From IMG/VR virus record IMGVR_UViG_3300048823_000073, positions 1 to 58,079 of that record: 58,079 bases of DNA; one strand, 5' to 3'. Origin of the DNA: a virus (taxonomy: Duplodnaviria; Caudoviricetes). Every line of letters starts with the position of its first letter. The first letter of the stretch is position 1. The notes beneath the pieces are model-generated. The model was not told where the DNA came from. It was given only the letters and a program-made list of their open reading frames with translations, and searched no databases. Below, piece after piece: positions 1 through 8,348 of the stretch. The position numbers and the translations under genes are program-made.

Positions 1-127
1 GCCGCAACCAATTGTGGCAAAATTATGTGGATTTACACAATCGGCGCTTGATTATTGGTTGCGACCTTGGCATGGAAATTGCTAGGCCGCAACCAATTGT
101 GGCAAAATTATGTGGATTTACACAATC
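1..127. repeat. Terminal 127-bp direct overlap, identical to 57953-58079 (circular assembly overlap)
   Basis: Exact identity of the first and last 127 nt; 127 is a common assembler k-mer length. Confidence 0.9.
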
Positions 128-196
128 CACTCAATTGTGGCGAAACTATGTGGATTTACACAATCCGCTCAATTGTGGCGAAATTATGTGGATTTA
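1..196. repeat. Tandem repeat array of 85-bp units and ~40-bp subunits, continuing from 57910 across the junction
   Basis: GCCGCAACCAATTGTGG at 1 and 86; the subunit CAATTGTGGCRAAAYTATGTGGATTTA occurs 4 times in 1-196. Confidence 0.9.
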
Positions 197-602
197 GCGG
201 GCAGTGCGCTGGTCCTTTATTGAACTTTTTTGGTACTGTTTCTAGTCTAATAATGTTGTTGTTTTTATTAGAGTTTCTATAAGATAATACTGATATACTA
301 ATAGTCTATGCATATTGCAAAAAGGGTAGAGCGATTTTGCCCCGTGGGAATTTTGCCTGCAAACCTACCAACTACCCCCGCTACCTTATTGTTACTACCA
401 CGAACTCGCGTCCATTTACAAGCCCTTGATTTCATTGGTGAAATAAATAGAACGGTCCGGGTATAATATTCCGAGTGAGGGCCTGATTAGACCCTAAACC
501 AACCCCTAAACATACTCTAATTGCATAGGGTGGCACCCAAAACATGCACCTGAACACATGCTGTTAGCGTATGTTTAGCATACACCTAAAACCTGTTTAG
601 CA

Positions 603-667
603 TATGTTTTGAGTATGTAATATATCCTCAGAATAAAACTTGACATACTCAAAACATAACCTATATT
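603..667 (+). promoter_or_regulatory. Sigma70-type promoter overlapped by a 16-bp inverted repeat
   Basis: TTGACA 640-645, 16-nt spacer, TATATT 662-667; TATGTTTTGAGTATGT (603-618) is the reverse complement of 643-658. Confidence 0.6.
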
Positions 668-772
668 GCTTCTGTGTAGCACCCCACTATAACCTAAATA
701 ATGGAGCGACATACTCAAAACATAACCTATATTGCTTCTGTGTAGCACCCCACTATAACCTAATAATGGAGC
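642..772. repeat. Tandem duplication of a 66/65-bp unit
   Basis: GACATACTCAAAACATAACC...AATGGAGC at 642-707 and 708-772, differing by a 1-nt indel. Confidence 0.95.
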
Positions 773-785
773 AAAGCAGACCCTA

Positions 786-1196
786 ATGACAGAGCAAAAA
801 GCATTCACTGCCCGCCAAGCGGCTGAGTATCTCCGCGTAAGCGTGCATACTATAGGCGCTTGGAAGCGCAAGGGCATAATCACGCCCGATATGTATAACG
901 CCCTCACGGGCAAACATGGCTATTCCCGCGCCGCTCTCGACGGCGCCCATGATCGAAGGGGCGGAAGCGATATGTGGGTGCCTGTCGTTGACGGGAAACC
1001 AAAGTTGCTCGGTGATATGTTACCTCGCACGGTAACAGCCCCGCCCCGCGCACCGACACCGCCCGCCAAGTTTGAGAGCGGCGGCAATGTGTTCGACACC
1101 CAAGAAGAGCTGGATGAATATGATCGGCAGTGTGAAGCGGAACACGAGGCGCAATTGGCATGGGATGCCGCCCAAGATTTGGAGGGTCTGGAATGA
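786..1196 (+). CDS. MerR/excisionase-like helix-turn-helix DNA-binding protein
   Basis: N-terminal FTARQAAEYLRVSVHTIGAWKRKGII HTH pattern; acidic C-terminus. Confidence 0.75.
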   Translation: MTEQKAFTARQAAEYLRVSVHTIGAWKRKGIITPDMYNALTGKHGYSRAALDGAHDRRGGSDMWVPVVDGKPKLLGDMLPRTVTAPPRAPTPPAKFESGGNVFDTQEELDEYDRQCEAEHEAQLAWDAAQDLEGLE

Positions 1197-1462
1197 GTGA
1201 CCGGGCGTATAAAATAAGTCTCGCCAAAGCCGCACTACAAAATGCGGTGCGGCGCATACATGCGAATGCCAACCTACATGCGCGTGCCCTAGTGAGACGT
1301 GCGAATGCCGAGGATGACGGTGAGCTAGAGAAAGCGCTTGCTGCTGTTAGGAGGCTTACAAAACGCCACAGCATGTTGCTGGCGGAATTGAAACGGTTAG
1401 AACGCGCCTATTCCGATACGTTAACGCCAAGGGAGATCAAACAGATTATCAGTGAATTATGA
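1193..1462 (+). CDS. Hypothetical protein
   Basis: ATG overlaps upstream stop (ATGA); GGAGG SD upstream. Confidence 0.6.
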   Translation: MSDRAYKISLAKAALQNAVRRIHANANLHARALVRRANAEDDGELEKALAAVRRLTKRHSMLLAELKRLERAYSDTLTPREIKQIISEL

Positions 1463-1543
1463 CCGCTTTATCACTTGGCAGGTTACCTTGAAAGGTATAT
1501 GAATAATCCCTTGGGCTTCATGCCCGCAACTCAGGAGGACTAA

Positions 1544-2686
1544 ATGGACTATATGGTTGCTACGATGGCACGCAAGAAAAAGGTTGTCGAGGAAGTGCTC
1601 GACGATCAGATCATGGACGTGATTGGCGAAGCAATCGGCGCCGAGCCCGTCGAAGTGCAAGATGAGGACGTGCAAACGGCCGAAGTCACTGTCTATGCGG
1701 ATGGTGAAGTCGAGACGCATGAGCATGACGAGACGCAATCCGATGTTACCGAGGAAGGTAACGACCCGGACTATGGTGCGGCCGCATCGCAAGCTGCCCA
1801 AGCCGAGATCGACGCAAGCTATGCGCAAGAGGCAGAGGCCGAAGAAGTGCCAGCCGAAGTGCCAGCCGAAGAGGACGCCGCGCCAACGACGGGCCATAAC
1901 AATCCAGACGCGCTCAAGGACAAGCTGTTGAAGCGTTGCTCCGGCTATGGCAAAGCGGCGAAGCAAGGTGACGCGGCGCTGCCCTCAATGGCGCTCGATG
2001 TGTTCCAGCAAGCAAGTGAACTTAACATCGGCACGCAAGACGCTGATCCGTTGTACTCGCACTATCTTGCGGGCAGGCAGGGATTGAAAGCGCGCGACGT
2101 TACGTCTCCAACGCAGCAAGTCTCTAAGCTGCGCGGCATTATCCGTGCGGGTTATTACACTGGCTCGGATGGCGTGGACATGTTCAACTATGCCAACGAC
2201 AAGTTCGTTGAAGCCCGCGAAGACCCCGAAATCAAGAAGCAGATGAAGACCACGGCGCATTACGATTGGCTTGTGTCAGTCGCAGTGCAGCAGAACGCTC
2301 GCATCCCGGACAACACTCCGCTTGGGGCCGATGTTCCCGTGCTAACCGAGGACGAGATCGACGCGCTATTGTTCCCGGACAAAGACAAGGAAGAGAAAGG
2401 CCCGGCGGACAAGCTGGCAGCTATCATAAAAAACGCCGAGGCATTGCGCAAAGGTCGCAAGGGCAGTGAAGCCCGCCCCGAAATCCCGCCGGTCAATGAG
2501 CCGGAACTGGACGACGCGATCGAGCAGCTCAAGCAACTCATGTGGAAGCTGGACCCGGATGAAGCGGAGAAGATGGCCGCTGCCGAGAAAGCACGCCAGG
2601 CAAAGCAGATGGTTGCCGAGGGGCTCGTTGCTCAGTTGGGCATCTCTTCGCAAGAGGCGATGCGCCTGATCAACCGAGCGAAGTAA
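1544..2686 (+). CDS. Hypothetical early protein with long acidic N-terminal region
   Basis: 380-aa ORF with AGGAGG SD; Asp/Glu-rich first ~110 aa. Confidence 0.8.
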   Translation: MDYMVATMARKKKVVEEVLDDQIMDVIGEAIGAEPVEVQDEDVQTAEVTVYADGEVETHEHDETQSDVTEEGNDPDYGAAASQAAQAEIDASYAQEAEAEEVPAEVPAEEDAAPTTGHNNPDALKDKLLKRCSGYGKAAKQGDAALPSMALDVFQQASELNIGTQDADPLYSHYLAGRQGLKARDVTSPTQQVSKLRGIIRAGYYTGSDGVDMFNYANDKFVEAREDPEIKKQMKTTAHYDWLVSVAVQQNARIPDNTPLGADVPVLTEDEIDALLFPDKDKEEKGPADKLAAIIKNAEALRKGRKGSEARPEIPPVNEPELDDAIEQLKQLMWKLDPDEAEKMAAAEKARQAKQMVAEGLVAQLGISSQEAMRLINRAK

Positions 2687-2701
2687 CGCGGGCAAAGTGA
2701 T

Positions 2702-2730
2702 TTGACGGGGCTTACCTCCAAAGGTAAAAT
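2702..2730 (+). promoter_or_regulatory. Sigma70-type early promoter with the palindromic motif in its spacer
   Basis: TTGACG(2702-2707)-N17-TAAAAT(2725-2730); TTACCtccaaaGGTAA at 2712-2727. Confidence 0.75.
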
Positions 2731-2776
2731 GGTAAGCCCCTTCGACCTCCAACTCTAACCAAAGAAAGAACCCAAC

Positions 2777-2938
2777 ATGAGAAAGCTTATCATCGCCGGA
2801 GCATTGCTCGTCGCCTCCCTCGCGCCCGCCTTTGCTGGGGTGAATTGCCAGACCTACGGCAACCAAACCTATTGCCAAGATGACTCTGGGCATCAATCGA
2901 CCTGCTCAACCTACGGCAACCAAACCTATTGCAACTAA
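2777..2938 (+). CDS. Small secreted Cys-rich peptide (53 aa), not in the ORF track
   Basis: MRKLIIAGALLVASLAPAFA signal peptide followed by GVNCQTYGNQTYCQDDSGHQSTCSTYGNQTYCN. Confidence 0.8.
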   Translation: MRKLIIAGALLVASLAPAFAGVNCQTYGNQTYCQDDSGHQSTCSTYGNQTYCN

Positions 2939-3120
2939 CCTGCAAAGGTAACCTCCCAAGGTAACAGGGGTTCAATTGCCCCTGCCCCCAACACAGGAGG
3001 AAGTCATGTAGATCGTGGGCGCCTGTGGCCGAAGCCCTTGGCTCGGATGGCGGTGAGATGCTGGCGAACACCTGCTCACTGCCATCACGGCGAAGTGCTA
3101 ACCCTGAAAGGATTATCAAA

Positions 3121-3345
3121 ATGAGGAAACCTGATTTCGGAAGTGTGAAAGAAGCGTGCGTGCCTTGGGAGGACTGGTCACAGAGCGGCGTGCAGGATTG
3201 GGACGGAGGCAATACCGAATGCCCCGTGCCGACGCTCTCTAAGAAAGAGATCATCGTTGTTGCCGGGTGCATGGCTGTTTGCATATGCTTCCTCATTCCG
3301 ATCGTGATTTATGATTGGTGCCATGGCGGAGGGCGGCGGGCGTGA
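3121..3345 (+). CDS. Small membrane protein
   Basis: C-terminal hydrophobic segment IIVVAGCMAVCICFLIPIVIY. Confidence 0.55.
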   Translation: MRKPDFGSVKEACVPWEDWSQSGVQDWDGGNTECPVPTLSKKEIIVVAGCMAVCICFLIPIVIYDWCHGGGRRA

Positions 3346-3366
3346 CCCTAGAGGAGCTTCGCGAAT

Positions 3367-3621
3367 ATGTTCGAGAGCGCGCTGCAAACATTCTTGCTGG
3401 CATACGCCGCCGTCGTCGTGATCAGTTGGGTGTTAATCGAGATATCAGAACCCGACTTAATCGAGATGATTTTAGAAGCCTACGGCCACCTGTGGAGTGA
3501 GATCATGATGAACCTTTATGTATGGTGGTGGCTTTGCGGGCACATCGTCATGCGCATGTGCATACCTGCAATAAAGACCGCCGCACCTATCATTTTGCGC
3601 GCGCCCGATCCCGAACTCTAA
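3367..3621 (+). CDS. Small membrane protein
   Basis: GAGGAG SD; hydrophobic N-terminus; stop codon lies in a palindrome copy. Confidence 0.5.
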   Translation: MFESALQTFLLAYAAVVVISWVLIEISEPDLIEMILEAYGHLWSEIMMNLYVWWWLCGHIVMRMCIPAIKTAAPIILRAPDPEL

Positions 3622-3638
3622 CCTCGAAAGGTAATGTC

Positions 3639-3761
3639 ATGTTATTGGCGCAACTTAGTTTCGATCAGTGGTCGGACGTATTTGGGCCGATACTCTTTTG
3701 CGTTACCGGCGTGGGCGTGTTGGTCTTTGTGTTCTGTCAACAGGCGCCGCGTACTAAGTAA
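3639..3761 (+). CDS. Small membrane peptide (40 aa)
   Basis: MLLAQLSFDQWSDVFGPILFCVTGVGVLVFVFCQQAPRTK, bracketed by palindrome copies. Confidence 0.6.
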   Translation: MLLAQLSFDQWSDVFGPILFCVTGVGVLVFVFCQQAPRTK

Positions 3762-3776
3762 CCTTGGGAGGTAACA

Positions 3777-3944
3777 ATGGACATGATTATCTATTTCATC
3801 GCGGGCTGGCAAGTCGGCACATGGATCGTGAAGATTTGGCATTTCGTGTGGGAGAACCGCGACGGGAACTGTGGGCGTCACCCCGTCCTTAAAGAGTTCA
3901 TGGATCATATCAAACACACAAAACCGCCGGTCACCGGCGAGTAA
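3777..3944 (+). CDS. Small membrane peptide (55 aa), not in the ORF track
   Basis: GGAGG SD inside the palindrome; MDMIIYFIAGWQVGTWIVKIWHFVW... Confidence 0.65.
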   Translation: MDMIIYFIAGWQVGTWIVKIWHFVWENRDGNCGRHPVLKEFMDHIKHTKPPVTGE

Positions 3945-3960
3945 CCTTCAAAGGTAACAA

Positions 3961-4083
3961 ATGGACAAGATCATAATCGTGGGGTTCTTCTCGTCCGCGC
4001 TCTGCACCTTCGGCCTATGGCCGGTCGTGTTCGCAGTGGGGGTGCTGTGGTTCTTCCTTCATTGGCTCCCGGAACACACATGA
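3961..4083 (+). CDS. Small membrane peptide (40 aa), not in the ORF track
   Basis: MDKIIIVGFFSSALCTFGLWPVVFAVGVLWFFLHWLPEHT; stop overlaps the next ATG. Confidence 0.6.
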   Translation: MDKIIIVGFFSSALCTFGLWPVVFAVGVLWFFLHWLPEHT

Positions 4084-4319
4084 GCGCGATCTTATCCCCC
4101 ATGGACGTAGGGAAGGTCACTGAGCGCCCCAGCGGGCACATCGTCCTGCGCTACGCCACTGAGCTTACACCCTCCCATGCGGGCGTCTGGTGCGTCTATG
4201 GCGGGCATCAACTGTGCCTGCCCAAGCGATCTATCAAATACAACCCCGATACCAACGAGTTCTATGCGCCCTATTGGGCCGTCAAGAGCGCGTTGAAAAC
4301 CTATAACCTGCAAAGGTAA
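4080..4319 (+). CDS. Hypothetical protein
   Basis: ATGA coupling with upstream ORF; ends in a palindrome copy. Confidence 0.6.
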   Translation: MSAILSPMDVGKVTERPSGHIVLRYATELTPSHAGVWCVYGGHQLCLPKRSIKYNPDTNEFYAPYWAVKSALKTYNLQR

Positions 4320-4342
4320 CAACTAGACAAAGGAGAACGAAC

Positions 4343-4867
4343 GTGATGAAGGATGCAACAAAGTCTAGTAAGCCGCGCAAGCGCAAGACTGCCGACGGCA
4401 GAGAGATAGTCCACACGGGTAAATCCCCCACGGGCCGCACGTACAATCTTGTACACCCGAAGGAAGCCCCGCCCAAGCAATGCGCGACCCTCGAAATGAA
4501 CAAGAGTGACTTTGATGTGATCGGGGTTGCTCCCGCGATCCCGCACTCCAGCATGGTGAACATGAACGCGCCGCCGCCCCCATGCGTAAAGTTGAACTCG
4601 TGCATAGTGGACCCGCAGCCGAGCGCATTCAGAAAGCCTACTGCGCTCGATCGGCTCGAACAAGAGCTGGCGTCGCTGCCGGAAGACAAGCACGCGGCGC
4701 TTGCCCTGATGTATGGGGGAAACCCCGAGCCCCCGACCCTGCGCGAAGAACTGCGCGAAGCCTATGAGCAAGCGGGCAGGGCAGTGCGCGCCGGTTACTA
4801 CGTGGCCGACGTAGCCTATACCTACACGTCAACGGTGGCAGTGATCAAAGCTCGCCACGCGCACTGA
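4343..4867 (+). CDS. Hypothetical protein
   Basis: AGGAG SD; 174-aa ORF. Confidence 0.6.
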   Translation: MMKDATKSSKPRKRKTADGREIVHTGKSPTGRTYNLVHPKEAPPKQCATLEMNKSDFDVIGVAPAIPHSSMVNMNAPPPPCVKLNSCIVDPQPSAFRKPTALDRLEQELASLPEDKHAALALMYGGNPEPPTLREELREAYEQAGRAVRAGYYVADVAYTYTSTVAVIKARHAH

Positions 4868-4868
4868 C

Positions 4869-5141
4869 ATGGGCCAGTTCGACCTGCTTCTCGAAGTGCC
4901 CGATCTGACCATCCACTACTGCGTTGAGATCACCGCCGAGCTGATCCTCGCTCTGCATGACGGCACATTGAACGCTGACCTTTTTGTACAAAAGATTCCA
5001 CGCGGCTCGATCTATGTCCTTTGTGGTGGTGGGGGAGCCTTCCAAGTGTCTCGGTGGATCGGCGGGAGCTGCGAAGCATGCACCGTCGAAACGATACTGG
5101 AGGCGGTGTGCGTGGTAGATGCGTGGCGCTTACCTTCGTAA
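4869..5141 (+). CDS. Hypothetical protein
   Basis: Tightly packed ORF in the + strand operon. Confidence 0.5.
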   Translation: MGQFDLLLEVPDLTIHYCVEITAELILALHDGTLNADLFVQKIPRGSIYVLCGGGGAFQVSRWIGGSCEACTVETILEAVCVVDAWRLPS

Positions 5142-5155
5142 GTAAGGGAGTGGTT

Positions 5156-5458
5156 ATGGGCATGGGCTTCCAAGAGTTCGCGGAGAAGATCAATCTGATG
5201 TTCACGCCCAAAGTGCCGAGGATAACTCCTGATCACGTTCTCGCGCTGGATACGCATGGGCGTAGGGCGTGGGAGCAACTAGACAATGGGCGTTCCATCC
5301 ACTGCTGCCGGATCGCCTCCCTGGTCGGCGGTTATAGTTTTCTGTCCATCAATGTTTTCGGGGCCAAGCTGGAAAAGTTGGAGTCGTGCATCGCCGCCGA
5401 TGTCTTTGAAGCCTTCTGCGTCATAGAAGAACTACGAGAGAAGTGGTCGTTACCTTAG
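5156..5458 (+). CDS. Hypothetical protein
   Basis: GGAG SD after the palindrome at 5130. Confidence 0.55.
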   Translation: MGMGFQEFAEKINLMFTPKVPRITPDHVLALDTHGRRAWEQLDNGRSIHCCRIASLVGGYSFLSINVFGAKLEKLESCIAADVFEAFCVIEELREKWSLP

Positions 5459-5477
5459 CAAGTAAGGAGAGTAAATC

Positions 5478-5723
5478 ATGAAGCAACTATCATGGGCTGC
5501 CGCGTTGCTTGTTGCGGGCATTTGCGTGGCGCGCGCGGAGCCCACACCCGAACAACGGGCAGGGGACTATTGTGATGCGGCGGCCCGCCCAGACATCGTT
5601 GAGGGCTGTCCGCTCCAGCGCCTAAAGGTCATCTGCAAAGAGCAATGGCTCGTGCGGCATCACATCAAAAAGCATATCGAGTTTCACATGTTACCATGCG
5701 AGGTAAGTGATGTCGGAGAATGA
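5478..5723 (+). CDS. Small secreted protein
   Basis: AGGAG SD; signal peptide MKQLSWAAALLVAGICVARA; 4 Cys in the mature part. Confidence 0.65.
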   Translation: MKQLSWAAALLVAGICVARAEPTPEQRAGDYCDAAARPDIVEGCPLQRLKVICKEQWLVRHHIKKHIEFHMLPCEVSDVGE

Positions 5724-5991
5724 CGACGCGATGGAAGACCTTCTAAAGCCGGTATATGCGGAAATATTAGCTGCCGGGTTCTCCGATGTGGACCTTTTGC
5801 GGCAGCTTGATAAGCAACTCCGGCTGGAGCTTAAAGCGATTACGCGGGCGCAGGCTATGGACGATATGCCTGCTGCCATGCAGCACGCCAAGTTTGTTAT
5901 CGGGATAACCTATTTGCGGGCGTGGGTGCGCGATAAGATCGACGCGAGCTTGCCCAGCGGCATCCCCTTAGATCGGAGGTTGCTCACATAA
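5710..5991 (+). CDS. Hypothetical protein
   Basis: GAGG SD within a palindrome copy. Confidence 0.6.
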   Translation: MSENDDAMEDLLKPVYAEILAAGFSDVDLLRQLDKQLRLELKAITRAQAMDDMPAAMQHAKFVIGITYLRAWVRDKIDASLPSGIPLDRRLLT

Positions 5992-6025
5992 TAGACCTTT
6001 GGGGTTTACCATCGGAGGTAAGGGA

Positions 6026-6274
6026 ATGATTACACCAGATGCGCTGGCGGAGTTCCTAACTTACGCCAGCTTCGAGGACATGCTGGAAGAACAGCTCGAC
6101 CCATACACCAAGCTATATGTGTCCACCACCTTCGAGCGTATGGACTTGATGATTCGCGCCGTCCGTTACCAATCCGTGTTCCATTATGTCTTCGTGCAGC
6201 CGGAGTTCTTGTTGGTCTGGCTCGCCCTTGAAGGCATGCGCGAGAGACTGTTACCTGCCACGGTAACAGCCTAG
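6026..6274 (+). CDS. Hypothetical protein
   Basis: GGAGG SD within the palindrome at 6006. Confidence 0.55.
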   Translation: MITPDALAEFLTYASFEDMLEEQLDPYTKLYVSTTFERMDLMIRAVRYQSVFHYVFVQPEFLLVWLALEGMRERLLPATVTA

Positions 6275-6310
6275 CAACTAAGCCCTTGTTACCTCTAGTG
6301 GTATTATTCG

Positions 6311-6340
6311 TTGACAATCCGATATTAATCTGGTAGTAAT
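6311..6340 (+). promoter_or_regulatory. Putative sigma70 promoter
   Basis: TTGACA(6311-6316)-N17-TAGTAA in an AT-rich intergenic region. Confidence 0.5.
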
Positions 6341-6410
6341 TCATATGTTCAACATCGGAGAGTGAGCATATGGCATCTTCTAGTCCCCTTAAGCATAAAG
6401 AAACTATAAG

Positions 6411-6601
6411 TAAGTTCGGCAACTTCGGGCGTGTAGTAGGCGAAACTGATCGCTCAAGCCACTGCCCGAGTATGATGCAATGTTGCGTGTAGCGAGAGCT
6501 GCGACAGCCAGTCAACGGCACTTGCCGAAGAAAGTGATCCTCGATATACTATCTGAACCCTAATTGATACTGTAGAGGGGGGCCTTGTGGCGCTCCTCTA
6601 C
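6411..6601 (+). ncRNA. Candidate structured RNA
   Basis: TTCGGCAA(6415-6422)/TTGCCGAA(6522-6529) closes two arms, one with a GAGA tetraloop; further hairpin at 6572-6601. Confidence 0.4.
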
Positions 6602-6630
6602 TAATCTGGTGATTACCTTGGAGAGTAACT

Positions 6631-7029
6631 ATGCTTGAAGGAATAAAGTTCGATGAAGGCAAGCCGCCGCTTCATCTTCTTCCGCCGGATGCGCTGTACG
6701 CCATCACTGAAATCTTAGACCACGGCCAGGAGATATACGGTGCCCGCAATTGGGAGAAGGGCATGGCGTGGAGCCGGGTCTATCGTGCGGCGATAGGGCA
6801 TATGTTCCAGTGGTTCATGTTCGCCGGGCCGGACAAGGACACCGGCAAGTCGCACCTATGGCATGCTGGGGCATGCATATTGTTTCTGATTACTTACGAA
6901 CTACGCGGCATCGGGACCGATGATCGCCCAACTTTATACAGGAGGACTAAAGTTGAACAAGCACCTATCACAAAAACCGAGCCCACGCTCGAAGAGTCAG
7001 CAGCCGAAATATTGGCGGTTACTTCGTGA
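6631..7029 (+). CDS. dATP/dGTP diphosphohydrolase domain protein (DUF5664-like)
   Basis: GIKFDEGKPPLHLLP...HG..IYGARNWEKGM...AAIGH...DKDTGKSHLWHA pattern. Confidence 0.85.
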   Translation: MLEGIKFDEGKPPLHLLPPDALYAITEILDHGQEIYGARNWEKGMAWSRVYRAAIGHMFQWFMFAGPDKDTGKSHLWHAGACILFLITYELRGIGTDDRPTLYRRTKVEQAPITKTEPTLEESAAEILAVTS

Positions 7030-7224
7030 GGTAACGTTTGACCAACTCCCCAAGCCAATCGTCGCGGCGCTTGACCTTGAGCAAAATCTGGTGCTCGTTC
7101 GCGCGGATTGGTGGGAGCAGCAACACCCATGGGTTAAACGCATGGTGTGGGCAATGAGCGTGCCCGTCTTCTACGAAGATGATTTCGTGGAAGCGATTTG
7201 TCTCTAACCTAGAAAGGTACGAAC

Positions 7225-8328
7225 ATGAAGTTGAAGGACATCGAACAGAAACTTACGACATGGTATGCCATGAGTGCGGAGCCGAACGGTCCGGCGGTCT
7301 ATCTCGTTGGCCCGCCCGGTCGCGGCAAGACGACAGTGCTGGAGACGCTGCCCAAGCGCCTTGAAGCGGCGAACCCCGGCAAGAACTTCGGGCTCGTTGT
7401 GCTCAATGGGGCCTGTGTAAGCCTCACAACCGTCTCCGGCTATCTGTGGCCGACTGAGGTAGAGGGCGTCGCCTATTCACGCTTCACAAAGCCGGACTGG
7501 TATATTACCAGGGAAGGTAAGTCGCTCGACGAGTACGATGGCGGGGTCATCCTCGTGGATGAAGCCGACAAAGTTGCGCCGGACGAGAAAAAGATTTTGG
7601 GTGAAGCGGCGCTGTCCAAGCGGCTCGCGTCGCATTGGTTGCCGCCGGGTTGGGTGGTGTGGTTCGCGGGCAACTCGGCCAAGGACCGTTCCGGCTCGAC
7701 CAAAGAGTTTGATCACCTGATCAATCGGCGGATGGAGATCAGCGTCTCGGACGATCTGGAGAGCCTGACGAACTGGATGGAAAAGCAAGGGTGCCTGGCG
7801 GAGTCGATTACCTTCGCAAGTGAGAACCCCAATATCGTGTTCCCGGACAAACCGCAGGAAGTCCAAGGACCGTTTTGCACGCCAAGATCGCTTGCGTCGA
7901 TGGATCGTTATCTCCGGTTCATTATGCAGGATAAGCAGCTCAAGGACGTGCCGACCGGCCCCGACGTGCTGGAAGAATGTTCCGGCATCGTGGGGGAAGG
8001 AGCCGTCACTCAGTTCATGACGGTGGTGCGGTTGGGGCAGGAGTTGCCTGCCTATGAGAAGATCGTAGCGGAAGCTGGCACTATCCCTGTGCCTAAGCGT
8101 CCCGATGCGCAAATGCTGGCTGTCTACAAGCTCGCAGCGCGCGTCTCGGAGAAGGATATTGCGCCGGCGCTGACCTACATCAAGCGCCTGCCCAAAGAGT
8201 TCTCTGTGACGTTCCTGCGGACCGTGACGGCGCGCGTCCCTAAGATCATCAGCACTCCGCCAGTCGTGCAATGGTGCAAAGAGAACTCGGCGCTGGTCGT
8301 TATGCTGGCGAAACTCAAAGCGCAGTAG
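7225..8328 (+). CDS. AAA+ ATPase (MoxR/AAA_5-like)
   Basis: Walker A GPPGRGKT, Walker B ILVDEAD, AGN sensor I, LINR arginine finger, TPRS motif. Confidence 0.85.
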   Translation: MKLKDIEQKLTTWYAMSAEPNGPAVYLVGPPGRGKTTVLETLPKRLEAANPGKNFGLVVLNGACVSLTTVSGYLWPTEVEGVAYSRFTKPDWYITREGKSLDEYDGGVILVDEADKVAPDEKKILGEAALSKRLASHWLPPGWVVWFAGNSAKDRSGSTKEFDHLINRRMEISVSDDLESLTNWMEKQGCLAESITFASENPNIVFPDKPQEVQGPFCTPRSLASMDRYLRFIMQDKQLKDVPTGPDVLEECSGIVGEGAVTQFMTVVRLGQELPAYEKIVAEAGTIPVPKRPDAQMLAVYKLAARVSEKDIAPALTYIKRLPKEFSVTFLRTVTARVPKIISTPPVVQWCKENSALVVMLAKLKAQ

Positions 8329-8348
8329 TTACTTGCAGAGGTAACATC

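Noticed and set aside
1-196. CRISPR array
   Set aside because: The repeats are head-to-tail with no unique spacers, and there is no cas operon; the Cas4-like nuclease sits in the replication module
3619-3960. Integron attC sites
   Set aside because: The sites are only 16-18 bp, lack the RYYYAAC...GTTRRRY long imperfect hairpin, and no integron integrase is present
6440-6455. Hammerhead ribozyme (GAAA and CTGA nearby)
   Set aside because: The core elements are in the wrong arrangement and CTGANGA is not complete
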